Positions 24,530 through 38,360 of a DNA stretch of 64,000 nt are shown in pieces. A program made the translations under genes and the position numbers. Position 1 is the stretch's first letter. Each line of letters starts with the position of its first letter. The DNA is taken from positions 14,384,001 through 14,448,000 of the forward strand of contig NC_086125.1 in the NCBI RefSeq assembly GCF_963921235.1, in the 5' to 3' direction. A model generated the notes under the pieces. That model did no database searches and had not been told where the DNA came from. It saw only the letters and a list, made by a program, of their open reading frames with translations. Source of the stretch: Mobula hypostoma. Its lineage: Eukaryota.

Positions 24530-25033
24530 CAGAGGAACATCTGGAGAAATTTCTGAAACGCTCATTCGTGGCTGTCGTTACTGCACGGTCCAGAATTTTT
24601 CGGAGGGTAGGCCTCAAAATCCCCGGCTTTGCCCGCTGTTGGTGACCGAGATGGAGGTCGAATCGTTCGGATAGAGATGGCGCTCAGTACTCAGTGTCGG
24701 AGAGCTGATCAGAGCTCGAAGTTTCCCGATGACTCAGAGTCGGACCGTGGTCGGGTATGGCAGGGAGAGTCTTTCTTCCTTCTCCCGTCTGCGTGAGATG
24801 TGGGACATTTGAGAGACTTTGAACTTTTTACTGTGCTCATGCACCTCTTCATCAAGTTATGATATTGTTGCACTGTTGTAACTATATGTTATAATTATGT
24901 GGGTTTGTTAGTTTTTTCAGTCTTGGTCTGTCCTGTGTTTTGTGATATCACACCGGAGGAAATACTGTATCATTTCTTAATGCATGCATTACTAAATGAC
25001 AATAAAAGAGGACTACGTGTCTTAATAATCTAA
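24530..25033 (+). mobile_element. Related non-autonomous retroelement
   Basis: Shares body and tail with 46869-47496. Confidence 0.75.
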
Positions 25034-25384
25034 TGTTCTATTGCTGAGGTAGGATCTGTTTTGTGTAGGTTTGGATCAGGAACCCAATATAGCTCTTTCT
25101 GAACCTTGTGGTGTGGGACTTCAGGCTTCCGTACCTCCTACTTGACCATGCAGCGAGAAGCGGACATGACCTGGATGGGAGGATCCTTGATGATAGGCAT
25201 TAGATGTCATAAGAAATTCTCTTAGACTGCAGGCAGATACTGACTAGATGTAAGGTTCAACAGAGCATTGGCAGATGGAGTTTAATTCCAGGGGATGCAT
25301 TTTGTGAAGTCAAATAGCAGAGTAATGTTGGACAGGGGAACCCTTGAGTTCAAGTTCAATGTTCCTTGAAAGTGGCAGCACCGA

Positions 25385-26030
25385 TGATGAGCAACACACA
25401 GAAAATGATGGAGGAACTTGGCAAGTCAGGAAGCACCTAAGGAAATGAATAAATAGTTGACATTTTGGGCCAAGATCCTTCTTCAGGACTGGAAAGGAAC
25501 AGGGAAGATGCCAGAATAAAAAGGTGATGGAGGGGAAGGCGGACTAGCCAGAAAGTAATAGGTGAAGCCAGGTGGGTGGGAAAGGTAAAGGACTGGAGAA
25601 GGAAGAATCCAATAGGAAAGGAGAGTGGACCATGGGAAAAAGGGAAGGAGGAGGGGCACCGGGGGAAGTGACTGGCAGGTGAGGAGAAGAGATAAGAGGC
25701 CAGAGTGGGGAATAGAAGAAAAGGGAAGGGTTGGGGGGGGGGGGGTGATGGAAAAAAAATTAATGGGGGAGATCGATATTCATGCCATCTGGCTGGATGC
25801 TACCTATACAGAATATTATGTGCTGCTTATCCACCCTGAAAGTGGCCTCACTGTGGCCAGATCGGAATGGTGATAGGAATTAAACTGGTTAGCCACTGGG
25901 AAATTCTGGTTTTGGCCGATGTAACGGAGGTACTCAAGAAAGCGGTCCTCTAGTTTATGTTGGGTCTCACCATTGTACAGTAGACCACATTGGGAACGCT
26001 GGGTGCAATGGACAACCACAGACGGTGAAG
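25385..26030 (-). mobile_element. PLE 3' fragment with GIY-YIG remnant
   Basis: Minus ORF SQCGLLYNGETQHKLEDRFLEYL...PVANQFNS; degenerate hammerhead 25455-25492. Confidence 0.82.
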
Positions 26031-26039
26031 AACGCACAC

Positions 26040-26560
26040 TACGTGCTTGGCTTCATAGCTATGGAATATAAAAGTTGGGATGTTATCTGGCAAGGTTACA
26101 GTCCATTGATGAGTCCACTTTTGCAGTACTGTGCATTTTCCAGTTGCTGCACTTTTGGAAAGATGTGGTTGTGTTGGAAGAAAGTACAGAGGGTATTCAC
26201 CTAGATTGAAGTACATCAACTTTGGGGAGTGATTGAATAGGCTGGGCTTGTTTCCCCTGGAGTGAGGGGTGACCTGAGCAAGGTACACAGAATTACAGGA
26301 ATCATAGAATGGGTGGGTTTTTCCAGTAGGAGGGGTTTCACAGTTAGAAGGCCAAAGATTTAAGGTGCGAGAGGAAAGAGATTTAAAGGAGATTTGAGGG
26401 AAAGGTTTTGTTCATACGGAGTGGCTGATATCCAGATCTTGTTAAAGGAGGTAGTAGAATGACACTTAGACAGGCACTTCATTAGGCAAGGCATAGAAGC
26501 ATACAGTCCTAATGCAGGCAGTTGGGAATTGTGTAGAATGGCATGGATGTGGGGCGGGTG
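26040..26560 (+). mobile_element. CR1 LINE fragment
   Basis: tggaatataaaagttgggatgttat...cagtactgtgcattt... degraded CR1 RT C-terminus. Confidence 0.7.
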
Positions 26561-28429
26561 CTGAAGAGATGATTATGTAAATATCTGAAATTGTTGTACT
26601 TAATATTGAAACTGCAAGCCTATAGTATGTCCAGACAGAAGGTGAAGTGTAGCAGATGAATTGGGCACAGCCAGAGAGAGACGGAGAATTAACACAAAGG
26701 CAACTGGAATCTGAAGGTCATTTTACAGACTGAGTGCAGGTTCCTCTGTAAAGTGACCATTCAATCTACTGCTCTACCTTAAAGGACTACTTATGTCCCT
26801 GGACGTTGGGCGGAAGGTGTTGTATCTTCTTCAGCTGTGTAGGAAAGTGTGCGGGAAGGGGAGTAGTGGTGGAACTAAACCAGGGAGTCGGCCAAGCTGT
26901 AATGCTGAAAGTGGACGGGAAGACGTATGGGTGGTGGAACTTCATTGGATGTGGTGGAAATGGAAAAGGGATGTCTTGTTTGCTATGGAGGCTGGTCAGA
27001 GGGCAAGTGAAAACCAAGAAAACACTATACCTGCTGTATCTAGGATGGGGGATGACAACAGAGGTGTGGACATAGATAAGATGTTCTCAATAGCTCATAA
27101 CAATGGTAGAAAGGAAGCCACAATTAAAGGAAGAGGAAGACATCACAGAAATCACTGTATGGAGAGCCTTACCATCAAAGCAGTTACACAACAGAGGAGG
27201 AACTGGCAGAGTGAAATGAGCTCTTTTTTTGCTGTAAGTCCTCTGATGATATTTCAGTGGATGGGAGGAATATCTCATTTATATTATATAAGATGTGAAC
27301 CAACTCAAAGCCAAACTGTATTTTCAGTCTGTTTTTGTACCTAAAAGACTTGGTGTATTTGATTGATGTACATCCCTACAAAAAGAGAGGGGTGGTCTTA
27401 TGTTCACAAGTGTCGTGCTCATATCTGGTACAGAAGCAAAATCTGTACTGCAGCGTTATATAGTAACAGAACCACTCATTATATCCAAACTAACCAGCAC
27501 AGCCATTCTCAGAACAATACGCACCTTATCCCATCGTGCTCCCGGTGATTAGACACCAAGGAAGAGCTACTGCTCCTATAAGGTAGAACCACCACTGAGA
27601 ATATGTACCCTCCCAAGGCGACAACTCCCTTGCTTGTGATGTGGTGTCTCTGCACTCTGTGCAGTGGAGGAAGAAGCTGTGTGTGGGTGGTGTCAAGTCA
27701 GCCCTGCTTTCGTCACAGTGATAATAACAGCAAGAATGCAAGAGCATAAGACAAAAGAGCAGAATTAGGCCATTCCATCATGGCTGATTTATTATCCCTC
27801 TCAACACAATTTTTCCTATCTTCTCTCTGTAATCTTTGACTCCTTTACTGATCGAGAACCTATCAACCTCCATTTTAAATATACCCAATGACTTGGCCTC
27901 CAAAATGTCTTCCCTAACCTTACTGACACTAAAAGTGAGACATCACAACTTTCCCCACAGTAACACCAGCAGTGAGCACTCTCATCTGACATTAATTCTG
28001 TATTATTTGAGTATAAACAACCAACCACTCCCCCACCCCCATCCCCAGCTCAGCACCACCCAAGCGATATTGACAGAGTACCCCACATCAGCACAGTACT
28101 GACATTGAAACTGCAATGTCAATATTGAGACACATTTCGCAGGTCCCACCAGTACCACCAACCCAGCACAGTAGTACAAGACCACAGTCACATGTGCTCA
28201 CAGTGATTCCCGCTACCAATGCCAGTAACACCGTTTCTGAAGGCATAGTAACCTTTTAGTGTGACAACATCAGTGTCTGCTTTTCTTCTATCCAGTGCTG
28301 ACAGTGCGCCCACACGCGCACACACACCCACCTCGAATTACTGGCAACGCAACAGGCCCAGGATTAAGAAACACCGACTGCACTTCACTCTCCACCCCGC
28401 GGCGCCGACTTGCTCGTCATATGACTCAC

Positions 28430-28555
28430 CAGCAGAAGTCCGCTTCTCCATCCACGACAACAGGTCCTTTGTGTACTTGGCCCAGAGTTTGGCATAGAGC
28501 AGTGCGGAATCGACACCCCCTACACACTTCAGCAGCATTTCATCAGCCTCTTGCA
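28430..28555 (-). CDS. GMIP: GMIP coding exon 5, start of F-BAR/FCH domain
   Basis: tctctctgcag|TG...GCT G|gtgagt; 126 nt, phase 1 to 1. QEADEMLLKCVGGVDSALLYAKLWAKYTKDLLSWMEKRTSA matches the GGVDAALxYAKxWxxYxKxLLxWxEKR family motif. Confidence 0.95.
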
Positions 28556-29409
28556 CTGCAGAGAGAGTGAAGAGACACCGGATCATCAGTCTGGATGGCT
28601 TGTCACGTGCAGGGCCTGACAGACAGCAGAAGGCCCCCACATGATCTGACCTTGGAGACTATCAAGAGATTAACAGCACTAAGTAGCAATATCTCTTGGT
28701 GACTGTCAGAGGGAGGATAGCAAGAATAGGATTAATTAACACACATAAAATCTGTGCAGGAGAAAGAAATTGCCAGATAGGGAAGAACAAAGATAAATAT
28801 AAAAGGTTACAGTCCTAGCTGTTCCATTCTCTAGGATATGGGCCACAGCCCAATTCAAGTGAAGTCTATCACAGAAGAACAGCTCCCACTTTCCCTTTAC
28901 TATGGCTGGTGTCCCATGAATTGAAATTCGTTTCACCCACACAGATCTTCCCTCCTCTGATTGTAATCATCCTGTACAATTGCACAAGGTTCGGGTAATA
29001 ATCCAAAGAATATAAAATTTGTGATTATGCTTTTCAATAGGAACCTTAGCTGCTCATAACCTTCAGCCCAATCTCTTCCTTAGTTCTAGCTGTTATCGTT
29101 GGTTCGCAAGTGGATCTTTCCCCTCTTGCCTTAAGTTCCTCTCAAGTAGATGTCCTTAAACTCAGCACCAGGCAGGAACTTTAAAGCTACAACAATATTG
29201 TTTGTCCTCTTAATTACACTCCGCCCTTGCGTTACAACATTACCTTTCACTCCCCCTGCTTGAATGACACCACCCCCCTCCCACTGCCCCACAACATTAC
29301 TGTAGTTTATTTACTCATCCCTCCTATAGATCCTGCACTCGTCGACACAAACTGCAAGAACTTTATAATTGCTGGATGCATGTATTGTCACATAAGTAGC
29401 ATCTGTCAA

Positions 29410-30780
29410 GGTTAAAGGTAAATTTATTATCAAAGTACATACTGTATATGTCACCATATACAACCCTGAGATTCATTTTTTGCAGGCATACTCAATAAGT
29501 CCATCATAGAATAATAACCATAACAGAATCAATGAAAGACAACAACAAATTGTGCATTCAACCAGTGTGCAAATTAAAAAAAAGTAATAATAAATAAATA
29601 AACAATAAATATATTGTTGTTGCTTTTTGGGCAGTGTTTTTGCCAATTCTGAAGCATTTTGACTGTTTTTCAATGCTCAACCCAACACAGATGGAAAGCA
29701 TTGCAAGGAGCTGGCGAGATTTGAACTCAGGACCATATGCCTTGAAGTACGGTGATGATACCACTACACCACCAGCCAGCTAAATAACTATAATAACAAT
29801 AAATATTTGGGAACAGGAGATGAAGTGTCCTTGAAAATAACATTTCAGTGAAGAGGAGAGTGAAGTTCAGTGAAGTTCGTAACTGTTCCTGAACCTGTGT
29901 CAGTCCTGGGGCTCCTGTACCTTCACCCTGATGGCAGCAGTGAGAAGAGAGCACGACCTGGGTGGTGGGGGTCCCTGATGATGAATGCGTCTTTCCTGTG
30001 ACGATGTTCTGTGTAAATGAGCTCAATGATGGGGAAGGCTTTATGTGTGATGGCCTGGTAGGATTTTCCATTCAAGGGCATTGGTGTTTCCATACCAGGC
30101 TGTGATGCAGCCAGTCAATATATTCTTATAGATATGTGGTGGAGAAGTCCGTCAAAGTTTTAAATGTCATGCTGAATCTTCATAATCTCCTCAGCAGAAG
30201 TGCTGCTATGCTCATAATCAGCTCCTTTGTCTTGCTGATATTGAGTAAGAGGTTGTTGTGGCACCTTTCAGTCAGATTTTCAATCTCCTTCCTATATGCT
30301 GATTTGTCACGAACTTTGATTCAGCCGCTGAAGCTGGCTGTATGTAAGCACCAGTGAGGATCACGGATGAGAATTCTCTGGGTAAGGACACCCCCCCTCC
30401 CACCACCAAGGCCATGCTGTCTTCTCATTGCTGCCATCAAGAAGAAGTCATAGGAGCTACAGGTACCACACCATCAAATTCAGGAAGAGGTATTACTCCT
30501 CAACCATCAGGCTTTTGAACCAGAGAGGATAACTTCACTCGGCCCCATCGCTGAACTGTTTCCACAGCCTAAGGACTCTTCATCTCATGTTCTCAATATT
30601 TATTGCTCGTTTACTTATTATTGTTATTTTTTTCTTTAGTATTTGCGGTATTTGTTGTCCTTCCTGTTGGGTGTGCTCTTTCATTGATTCTATTGTGTTT
30701 CTTCAATTTACTGTGCATGCCCACAAGAAAAAAAAAAAATATATATATATATATATAAATAAAATAAACTTACTTTGAAC
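29410..30780. mobile_element. Two opposed Rex1-like fragments (minus 29410-30330, plus 30380-30780) with a nested tRNA-SINE head near 29680-29780
   Basis: Family tail at both outer ends. Confidence 0.72.
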
Positions 30781-31999
30781 TCTGGTGTCCTCCAATGACA
30801 CCTTCTGGGTCTATGTACCTGTCCCACAGTCATCACACCCTCCAGTCCCTCTAGGTTAGCCTAATCTGTAGAGTGTGCCTATTTCTGTAACAAAGTCTAA
30901 AGGTAAATTTTCTCTGAACACAATTTTAAGGAGAATATTGATGGTCTACGTGCAGATTCTGAAATTTCGCTGTGTACTCAGGTCATTGAAAGACATCGAA
31001 GACGTGTACTCTATCAGAGAATCTGTGTATAAACGTGTCGCAACTTACCTACCTGACACAGGAAACAAAGCAATAGTGTGCCTGCGTGAGTCTTCATTAC
31101 GTTAGTAAAGAGAAGAGCGTGCGTTTGTAATGGGGCCACTGCACTGGCTCCAGGCTGAGGCTGGCGTACGCTGATTACCTCTGAGATAGTGCTGCACTAA
31201 CTGTTCTTGACTACTTGACACACTTACTAAAAATGCAGAAGAGCCAGATAGTCCAGTTCAGTCAGGAGCCCATACAAGGAACGTGCCAAAATCCCGGAAC
31301 ACAAAAGCAGCCTCTGTATATTGGCAACACAGCTATCTGATAGTTTATTCATACCTCTTCAATAAGCAGATCATCCAAATCTTTCAAAGACACTGTCACA
31401 CATGATACTATTCATGCAGCTTATTAGCAACTACCTCATTGCATTGAGCCAACGAAGGAAATCACAGCCATTCTGGCTCCAGCCACACCTTCTGTGTTTA
31501 ATTCCCCAAATGCTTAGACTCTGATGACATTTCCCACATCCTGGCTATTGTGGGTGCTTGAAATTTCGGCGACATTTACTGGTTGGCTCAGTGTGTCACC
31601 TATGTTTCTGGGGCTAAGACTGGAGGTAAGATTTCTCCCCAGATTACGGCTGCCTGACTGCAGCAAGCCTATGTATACAATTGAGCATTTGGGAGACCGT
31701 CCGGGTGGATTTCCCGACGGTAGGTATTTTCTGCCTTGTGAGTAAACCTTCACATAATGAGCAGGCAGTCCCTACTGTGCATCCATTTGAGAAAGCGTCA
31801 ACCTCTGGTTCAGGAGATAATCACATTCAGCTGTACCTCGGGCAGAATTACTTAGTTTCTGGGCCAATTAAACTCCGGGTATCCTGGTGATAATGGTTTA
31901 TTTATCCAAGACGAATCCAAAAACACCTTTGCACCAGATATAATTGGTCACCAGATATAATTGATATAATTAGCAATTGAGGTTTGCAAATAGACATAC

Positions 32000-32069
32000 C
32001 TGATGCTTGGAACTCATCCCGCTCCTCCATTACGTGATCATGGCATACTGGGAGCAAATCCTCATTCAC
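32000..32069 (-). CDS. GMIP: GMIP coding exon 4 (linker)
   Basis: ttcctcccttcag|GTG AAT...TCA G|gtatgt; 70 nt, phase 0 to 1. VNEDLLPVCHDHVMEERDEFQAS(V). It is the only candidate I found that bridges the flanking exon phases; sequence conservation is low. Confidence 0.75.
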
Positions 32070-32534
32070 CTGAAGGGAGGAACAATGGAAGTAATGACTT
32101 GCTGATTAAAACTTTGCTCTCAGGTTCTTAAACGTAGCAGTTAAAAGGTACTTCACCATCCTTTCTTGATACACTATTAGTTGAGGGAGCTGGGTCTGAA
32201 GTTGTGATCCGCACCTACAAATTCAAAAGTGGGGGGAAAGCTATGCCATTTACTCATCATAATATCCTGCTGAGATCACCCTCCTGAGGGTTGTTGACAC
32301 TGCAGAGCGTGTTTCTTTCGGATGGGAAGATGAATGGCAGAATGCGCAGGGACGCTGGAAAGGGTGAAGGCAGCTTTGAAGTTGCTGGGCTCTGAGGCCA
32401 CCCGTTTCTAACCACTGAACATTGGCAGCAAGCTCTGTTTGAGGTACAAGATGAGATAGACTGTAGAAGATGCAGAGCAGGACAAAGGCATAATGTAAGA
32501 GATCAGCACAATATAGTTTTAAGAGAGGTGTGTC

Positions 32535-33230
32535 AAACCATAAGACACAAAGGCAGAATTAGGCATTTCGGCCCACCAAATCTACTCCACCAATCCATTT
32601 CCCTCTCAGCTGCATTCTCCTGCCTTCTCCCCATAACCTTTCACACCCTGATTCATCAAGAACCTATCAACCTCCGCCTTAAATATACCCAATGACTTGG
32701 CCTCCGCAGCCACCTGTGGCAATGAATTCCACAGATTCGCCACCCCCTGGCCAGATAAACTCCTCCTCTTCTCTGTTCTAAATGGACGTCCCTCTACTCT
32801 GAGGTTGTGCTGTCTGGTCCTAGACTCCCCCACCACAGGAAAAATCCTCTCCACGTTAACTCTACTTCAGCCTTTCAAACATTCAATAGGTTTCAATAAG
32901 ATGCCCCCTCAATCTTCTAAATTCCAACGAATACAGGCCCAGAGCCATCAAATCCTCCTCATATGATAACCCTTTCATTTGTGGAATCGTTTTCGTAATC
33001 CTCCTTTGAACTCTCTTCAATGTCAGCACATCCTTTCTTAGACGAAGGGCCCAAAATTACTGACAATTCTCCAAGTGAGTCCTCAGCATTGCATCCCTGT
33101 TTCTGTTTCTAGTCCTCCTGAAATGAACACTAATACTGCATTTGCCTTCCTCACCACTGACTCAACCTGCAAGTTAACCTGTAGGGCATTCTGCACAAGG
33201 TCTCACAAGTCCCTTTGACACCATTGACAA
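32535..33230 (-). mobile_element. CR1 LINE 3' fragment
   Basis: Minus ORF ...VANLWNSLPQ...IFKAEVDRFL. Confidence 0.85.
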
Positions 33231-33404
33231 GGTCCTGCAGGAAACGCTGGTCCAGAAGCTTAAACCACATAGGACCCAGGGCAAATTTGCTAATGGAATA
33301 CAAAGTTGGTGGGTGGGTGATGAGAGGCAGGGAGTGGTGTTGGAAGTTAGTGATCTGTGGTTACCATAGAGATCAGTGCTGGGGCTCTTGTTGGTTACGA
33401 TATA

Positions 33405-34270
33405 TATAAAGTAGCCACTGAATATATATTTATTATTTATTGAGATACAACACAGAATAGGCCCTTCTGGCCCTTCGAGCTGCACTGTCCAGCAGTCCAA
33501 TGATTTAACCCTCCTCTAATCATGGGACAATTTACAATAATCAATTAAGTTACTGACTGGAACGTTTTTGGACCATGGAGGCGGGGTACCCGGAGGAAAC
33601 TTACACTGTCACGAGAGAACGTACAAACTCCTTACAGACAGTGGAGGGGAATTGAAACTGGGTCTCCAGTACTGGAAAGTGTTGTGCCAACCACTCCGCT
33701 ACCATGCTGCCCCTGTTTTAGAGATGTCCTCATGTTTGTTTGTTAATTAATTAATTACTTAATTGGGTGCAGGAGTGGAACCTGCTGTTGTCTATTGTTG
33801 CTGTAGCCTATTCACTTCAAGGTTCAATGCGCTGTGCATTTAGAGATGCCCGTTTGCATACACTATTGTAACATGTGGTCATTCAAGTTACTGTCGCCTT
33901 TCTGTTGGCTTGAAGCAATCTGGCCGTTCTCCTCTGACCTTTCTCATCAATAAGGCATTTTTGCCCACAGAACTTCTGCTCTTCGGAATTCCTTTTTTTT
34001 TGTTGGTTTTTTTCACACCATTCTCTATAAAGTCTAGAAACCATTGTGCATAAAAATCCCAGGAGATCAGTAGCTTTTGAGATACTCAAACCACCCCATC
34101 TGGCACCAAGAATCATTCTACGGTCAATGTCACTTAGATCATCTTTCTTCCCAATTTTGGTCTGAACAACAGCATAGACTCTCGAATAGCTGCCTCCTGA
34201 TTGGCTGATTAGAGACTTGTATTAATGAGCAGGTGTAAAGGTATACCTAATGAAGTACCACTGATTGCAT
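33405..34270 (-). mobile_element. Deleted Tc1-like transposon, interrupted by a V-SINE
   Basis: Minus ORF MILGARWGGLSISKATDLLGF...VSRLYREWCEK...QFCG-like/ARLLQANRKATVT resembles a Tc1 transposase N-terminus; degenerate TIR cctaatgaagtaccactg near 34246. Confidence 0.75.
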
Positions 34271-34434
34271 TTTAATGATTTAAGCATGAATGTTGGAGAT
34301 ATGATTAGTAGGCATGCAGGTGACAGTATAATTGTTGTGGTGGATTATGAGACAAGTTACAGATCAGATGGAAAGTTGGGGCTGGGGGGAGCATTGACAG
34401 AAGGCATTTAATTGTGGAGAGTTGAAGTACGAGC

Positions 34435-35015
34435 ACTGAGTATAGGAGTTGGGATGTAATGTTGAATTTGTACAAGGCATTGGTAAGGCCATATCTGGAG
34501 TATTGTGTACAGTTCTGGTCACCGAATTATAGGAAGGATGTCAATAAAATTGAGAGAGTACAGAGGAGGTTTACTAAAATATTGCCTGGGTTTCATCTCC
34601 TAAGTTACAGAGAAAGGTTGAACAAGTTAGGTCTTTATTCTTTGGAGCGTAGAAGGTTGAGGGGAGACTTGATAGAGGTGTTTAAAATTATGAGGGGGAT
34701 TGATAGAGTTGATGTGGTTAGACTTTTTCCATTGAGAGTGGGGAAGATTCAAACAAGAGGGCATGGGTTGAGAATTAGAGGACAAAAGTTTAGGGGTAAC
34801 ATGAGGGGGAACTTCTTTACTGAGAGAGTGGTAGCTGTGTGGAATGAGCTTCCAGCAGAAGTGGTTGAGGCAGGTTCGATGTTGTCATTTAAAGTTAAAT
34901 TGGATAGATATATGGGCTGAGTGAAGGTCGGTGGGAATAGGACAGGGTAAGAGTTCGGCATGGACTAGAAGGGCCGAGATGGCCTGCTTCTGTGCTGTAA
35001 TTTTTATATGGTTAT
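34435..35015 (+). mobile_element. Young 5'-truncated CR1 LINE nested in an older CR1
   Basis: Uninterrupted ORF LYKALVRPYLEYCVQFWSP...LYSLERRRLRGDLIEVFKI...TRGH...WNELP, then 3'UTR; older CR1 pieces at about 34270-34430, 35020-35440 and 35950-36230. Confidence 0.9.
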
Positions 35016-36529
35016 ATAGAGTGCAAGGTGATGCACATTGTAAAGTCAGATGGGTTAGGATACATATAGTAACTGGCAGGGCACCAAACAAAGTCGATGA
35101 TCAGGTTCATAGTTCCGTAAAAGTGGTAGCACAGCTAGTAAGGCTGACGAAGGTACAGGTATATGGATTACTTGCTTTCATAAGTGGAGGCATAGAATAT
35201 AAAAGTTGAGAGCCATGTTGCAACTTTACAAAACACTAGTTAGGATGTGATTGGAGTCTTATGTGCAGTTCTGCTTGCTGCACTACAAGATGTAGTTGTG
35301 TTGTAGACAGGACGGAGGAGATTCACCAGGATGTTGCCTGGATTCTCAAGGTTTAATGCGGAGAGACTGGATAAGCTGGGCTTGTTTTCCCTGAACTGAG
35401 AGAAGTTGACAGGTGATCTAACAACGGGATATAAATTAGAAGTTCAGAGTGAACTTTATTATTGGAGTACAAGTATGCCACCATATACAACCCTGACATT
35501 TATTTTCCTGTGGGCACACTCAGCAAATCTATGGAATAGTAACTAAAACAGGATCAATGAAAGATCAACCAGAGTGCAGAAAACAACAAACTTGTGCAAA
35601 TGCAAATAAATAGCAATAAATAACGAGAACATGAAATTACAAGATAACTCCTTCAAGAGAGATCACAGGTTATGGGAACATCTCAATGGATGGGCAAATG
35701 AATGCAGTTATCCTCTTTTGTTCAAGAACCTGATGGTCGAGGAGTAATAACTGTTTTTGAACCTGGTGGTACAAGTCCCGAGGCTCTTGTACCTTCTACC
35801 AGATGGCAGCAGCAAGAAAAGAGCACGGCCTGGGTGGTGGGAATCTCTGATGATGGATGCTGCTTTCCTACGACAGTGTTTCATGGAGATGTACTCAGTA
35901 GTTGGGAGGGCTTTAGCTGCGATGTACTGGGCTATGATATACTGGGTATTCTGAATTACTTTCCCATGGGAAGGGTATCAAAAGCAAAGGAGCTTAGGTT
36001 TCAAGCGGGAGAAAGGAATTTCAAAGGGGATCTGACAGTTTATGTTTTACACAGAGAGGGACTGATACCTGGAACTCGCCAGAGGAGATGGTGGAATCAA
36101 ATAGAGTTACTAAATTTAAGAGACTTTGAATGGGACAGGCATAGAAGGATATGGACAGAGCGGAAGAGAAGGAGATGAGTGTAAATGGGCAGGAGTGGGT
36201 TGAAGGACCCATTTTTGTGCTGTATGACTTGGACTCTTTACTGAAAGCAAGAGCAGCAACCATTTTATCTGCCTTCGAGAGTATTTGTACTTCACTCTTC
36301 AATTTCACTTTTCTTTCCAATAAACTCCGCTCGGTAGGACTTTTCCTCCCTGCCACACACTCACCCAAGCTGAGTACATGCCACTTGCTGGAAGACATGT
36401 CATCTGTGGGTAACATTACAGTAGCCCTCACAACATTCACACACATTCCCAATTGTTCAGTGACTGGGGGGGAAGGGGGAGGAAGTATCGGGATCGCTGG
36501 CAGATTCCCCACACTCCACAAGGTTACAT

Positions 36530-37260
36530 CCTCAATCCCCTGCTCTACTCCCTGCACACTCATGACGGCATGGCCAGATTCTGCTAACTCCGTCTATAAG
36601 TTTGCAGATGAAATCACTACAGCGGCTGCATCTCAAATAACGACAGGTCGGGGTACAGGGAGGAGATCGAGAGCTTAGTGACATGGCGTCATGACAACAA
36701 CCTTTCCCTCAATGTCTGAAAATCAGAACAGCTGCTCATTGACTTGGGGTGGGGTGGGGGGACACATGCACTCCTGTCTTTATCAACAATGCTGAGGTTG
36801 AGAGGGTTGAAAACCCCTAGTCCCCAGGACAGAACATCACCAACGGACTGCCCTGGCCCAACCACACAGATGCCATGTCCAAGAAAATTCACCGACTCCT
36901 CGACATCCTCCTGAGGCACAAGAAACTTGGCATGTCCCCGTCGATCCTTATCAATTTTTACTGATGCACCACAGAAAGCATCCTATCTGATGCATCATGG
37001 CCTGGCAAGGCAACTGCTCTGCACGTGACAGGAAACTGCAGAGGGTTCTGGACACATCACAGAAACCAACCTCCCCTCACTGGACTCCGTCTACACTTCT
37101 CACTACTTCAGTAAAGCAGCCGTGCATAATCAAAGAACCCAACCACACCGGGCATTCTCTCCTCCCCCTGCTTCCATCAGGCAGAAGATACAAAAGCCTG
37201 AAAGCACATACCACTAGTCTCAAGGACATCTTCTACCCCCGCTGCTATAGGACTATTGAC
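36530..37260 (+). mobile_element. Rex1-like LINE RT fragment
   Basis: YKFAD motif; KEPNHTGHSLLPLLPSGRRYKSLKAHT. Confidence 0.8.
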
Positions 37261-37559
37261 TCCATCCATCCATCTATCTAGATACAGCACAGAATTAGGT
37301 CCTCTGGTCCTTCGAGCCATGTCACCCAGCAATCCCCCAACTTTATCCTAGTCTAATCACAGGAAGATTTATAACGACCAATTAGCCTACCAACTGGTAC
37401 TTCTTCAGATTATGGGAGGAAACCAGAATACCCAGAAGAAACCTACGCCTTCACAGTGAGAACGCACAAACTCCTTACAGGCAGTGGTGGGATTTGAACC
37501 TGGGTCGCCTGTACTGTAAAGCCTTGTAATAACCACTATGCTACTGGGCTTCACAGTCT

Positions 37560-38360
37560 ACTCTGTTATGATCTTTGCTCGCATCTTTGGAAAAAGCTCT
37601 ATTTCTATCTTTAATATCTCTACTTTTCCCTTTCAGGGTTCCTTTGAAGACCCCGACCTGGAGTTGCACACTGACTACAGTTCTTTGCGGGAACGGGACC
37701 CACTCTTGGGGTCTCACAACTGGCTGCTATTCGATTTACCAAGGACGTGGCCTAGAAGACTAGTGTACTTCAGGGCTCCAGGATTTTGTGGCTCTGGAGG
37801 CGGGCGGACTCGAGGTCGGTGCCTCCGCAGGAATCTGGTGTGTCGCGGGAGACGGAAGATCGAAAGCAGCAAGCTGGCTGCTGGCTGTGTGCCCAGAGAC
37901 CCGAGTTCTTTGGGCACAGAGCTCGGAAAAAGTAACACAACAAACTTTTAACATTGTAAATCAGCGAGTTGTTTGTTATGTCTCCCCTCTCACTGTGAAA
38001 TGGGGACACATCTTTTTCCCTTACTAGGGAGAGAGAGAGAGAGCCTGTGGTATGTCGAATTACTAGGTGACCGAGTAGTCTTTGAGGTACTGCAAGTCTG
38101 TGTCTTTATCGGTGCTTTGCTGCACGCTTGAGTGCTCGGTGGGGGCCGCTGATGCTTTTTTTTGCTGGTGGGGGAGGGGGGATCGTTGCTTTGCTGCTGC
38201 TTATGTGTGGGAAGGGGGAGATGGGGGGCTTTGGGGTTCTAACATTTAACTGTCATTCATTCTTTGGGGCACTCCTCTGTTTTTGTGGATGATTGTGAAG
38301 ATAAAGAATTTCAGAATGTATATTGTATACATTTCTCTGACATTAAATGCACCTTTGAAA
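37560..38360 (+). mobile_element. Non-autonomous retroelement with Rex1-type tail
   Basis: 3' part (ggggctttggggttctaac...catttctctgacattaaatg) also occurs at 4925-5165. Confidence 0.65.

Noticed and set aside
34459-34920. Intact 153-aa ORF as a host gene
   Set aside because: It is the C-terminus of CR1 ORF2 in a 5'-truncated copy.
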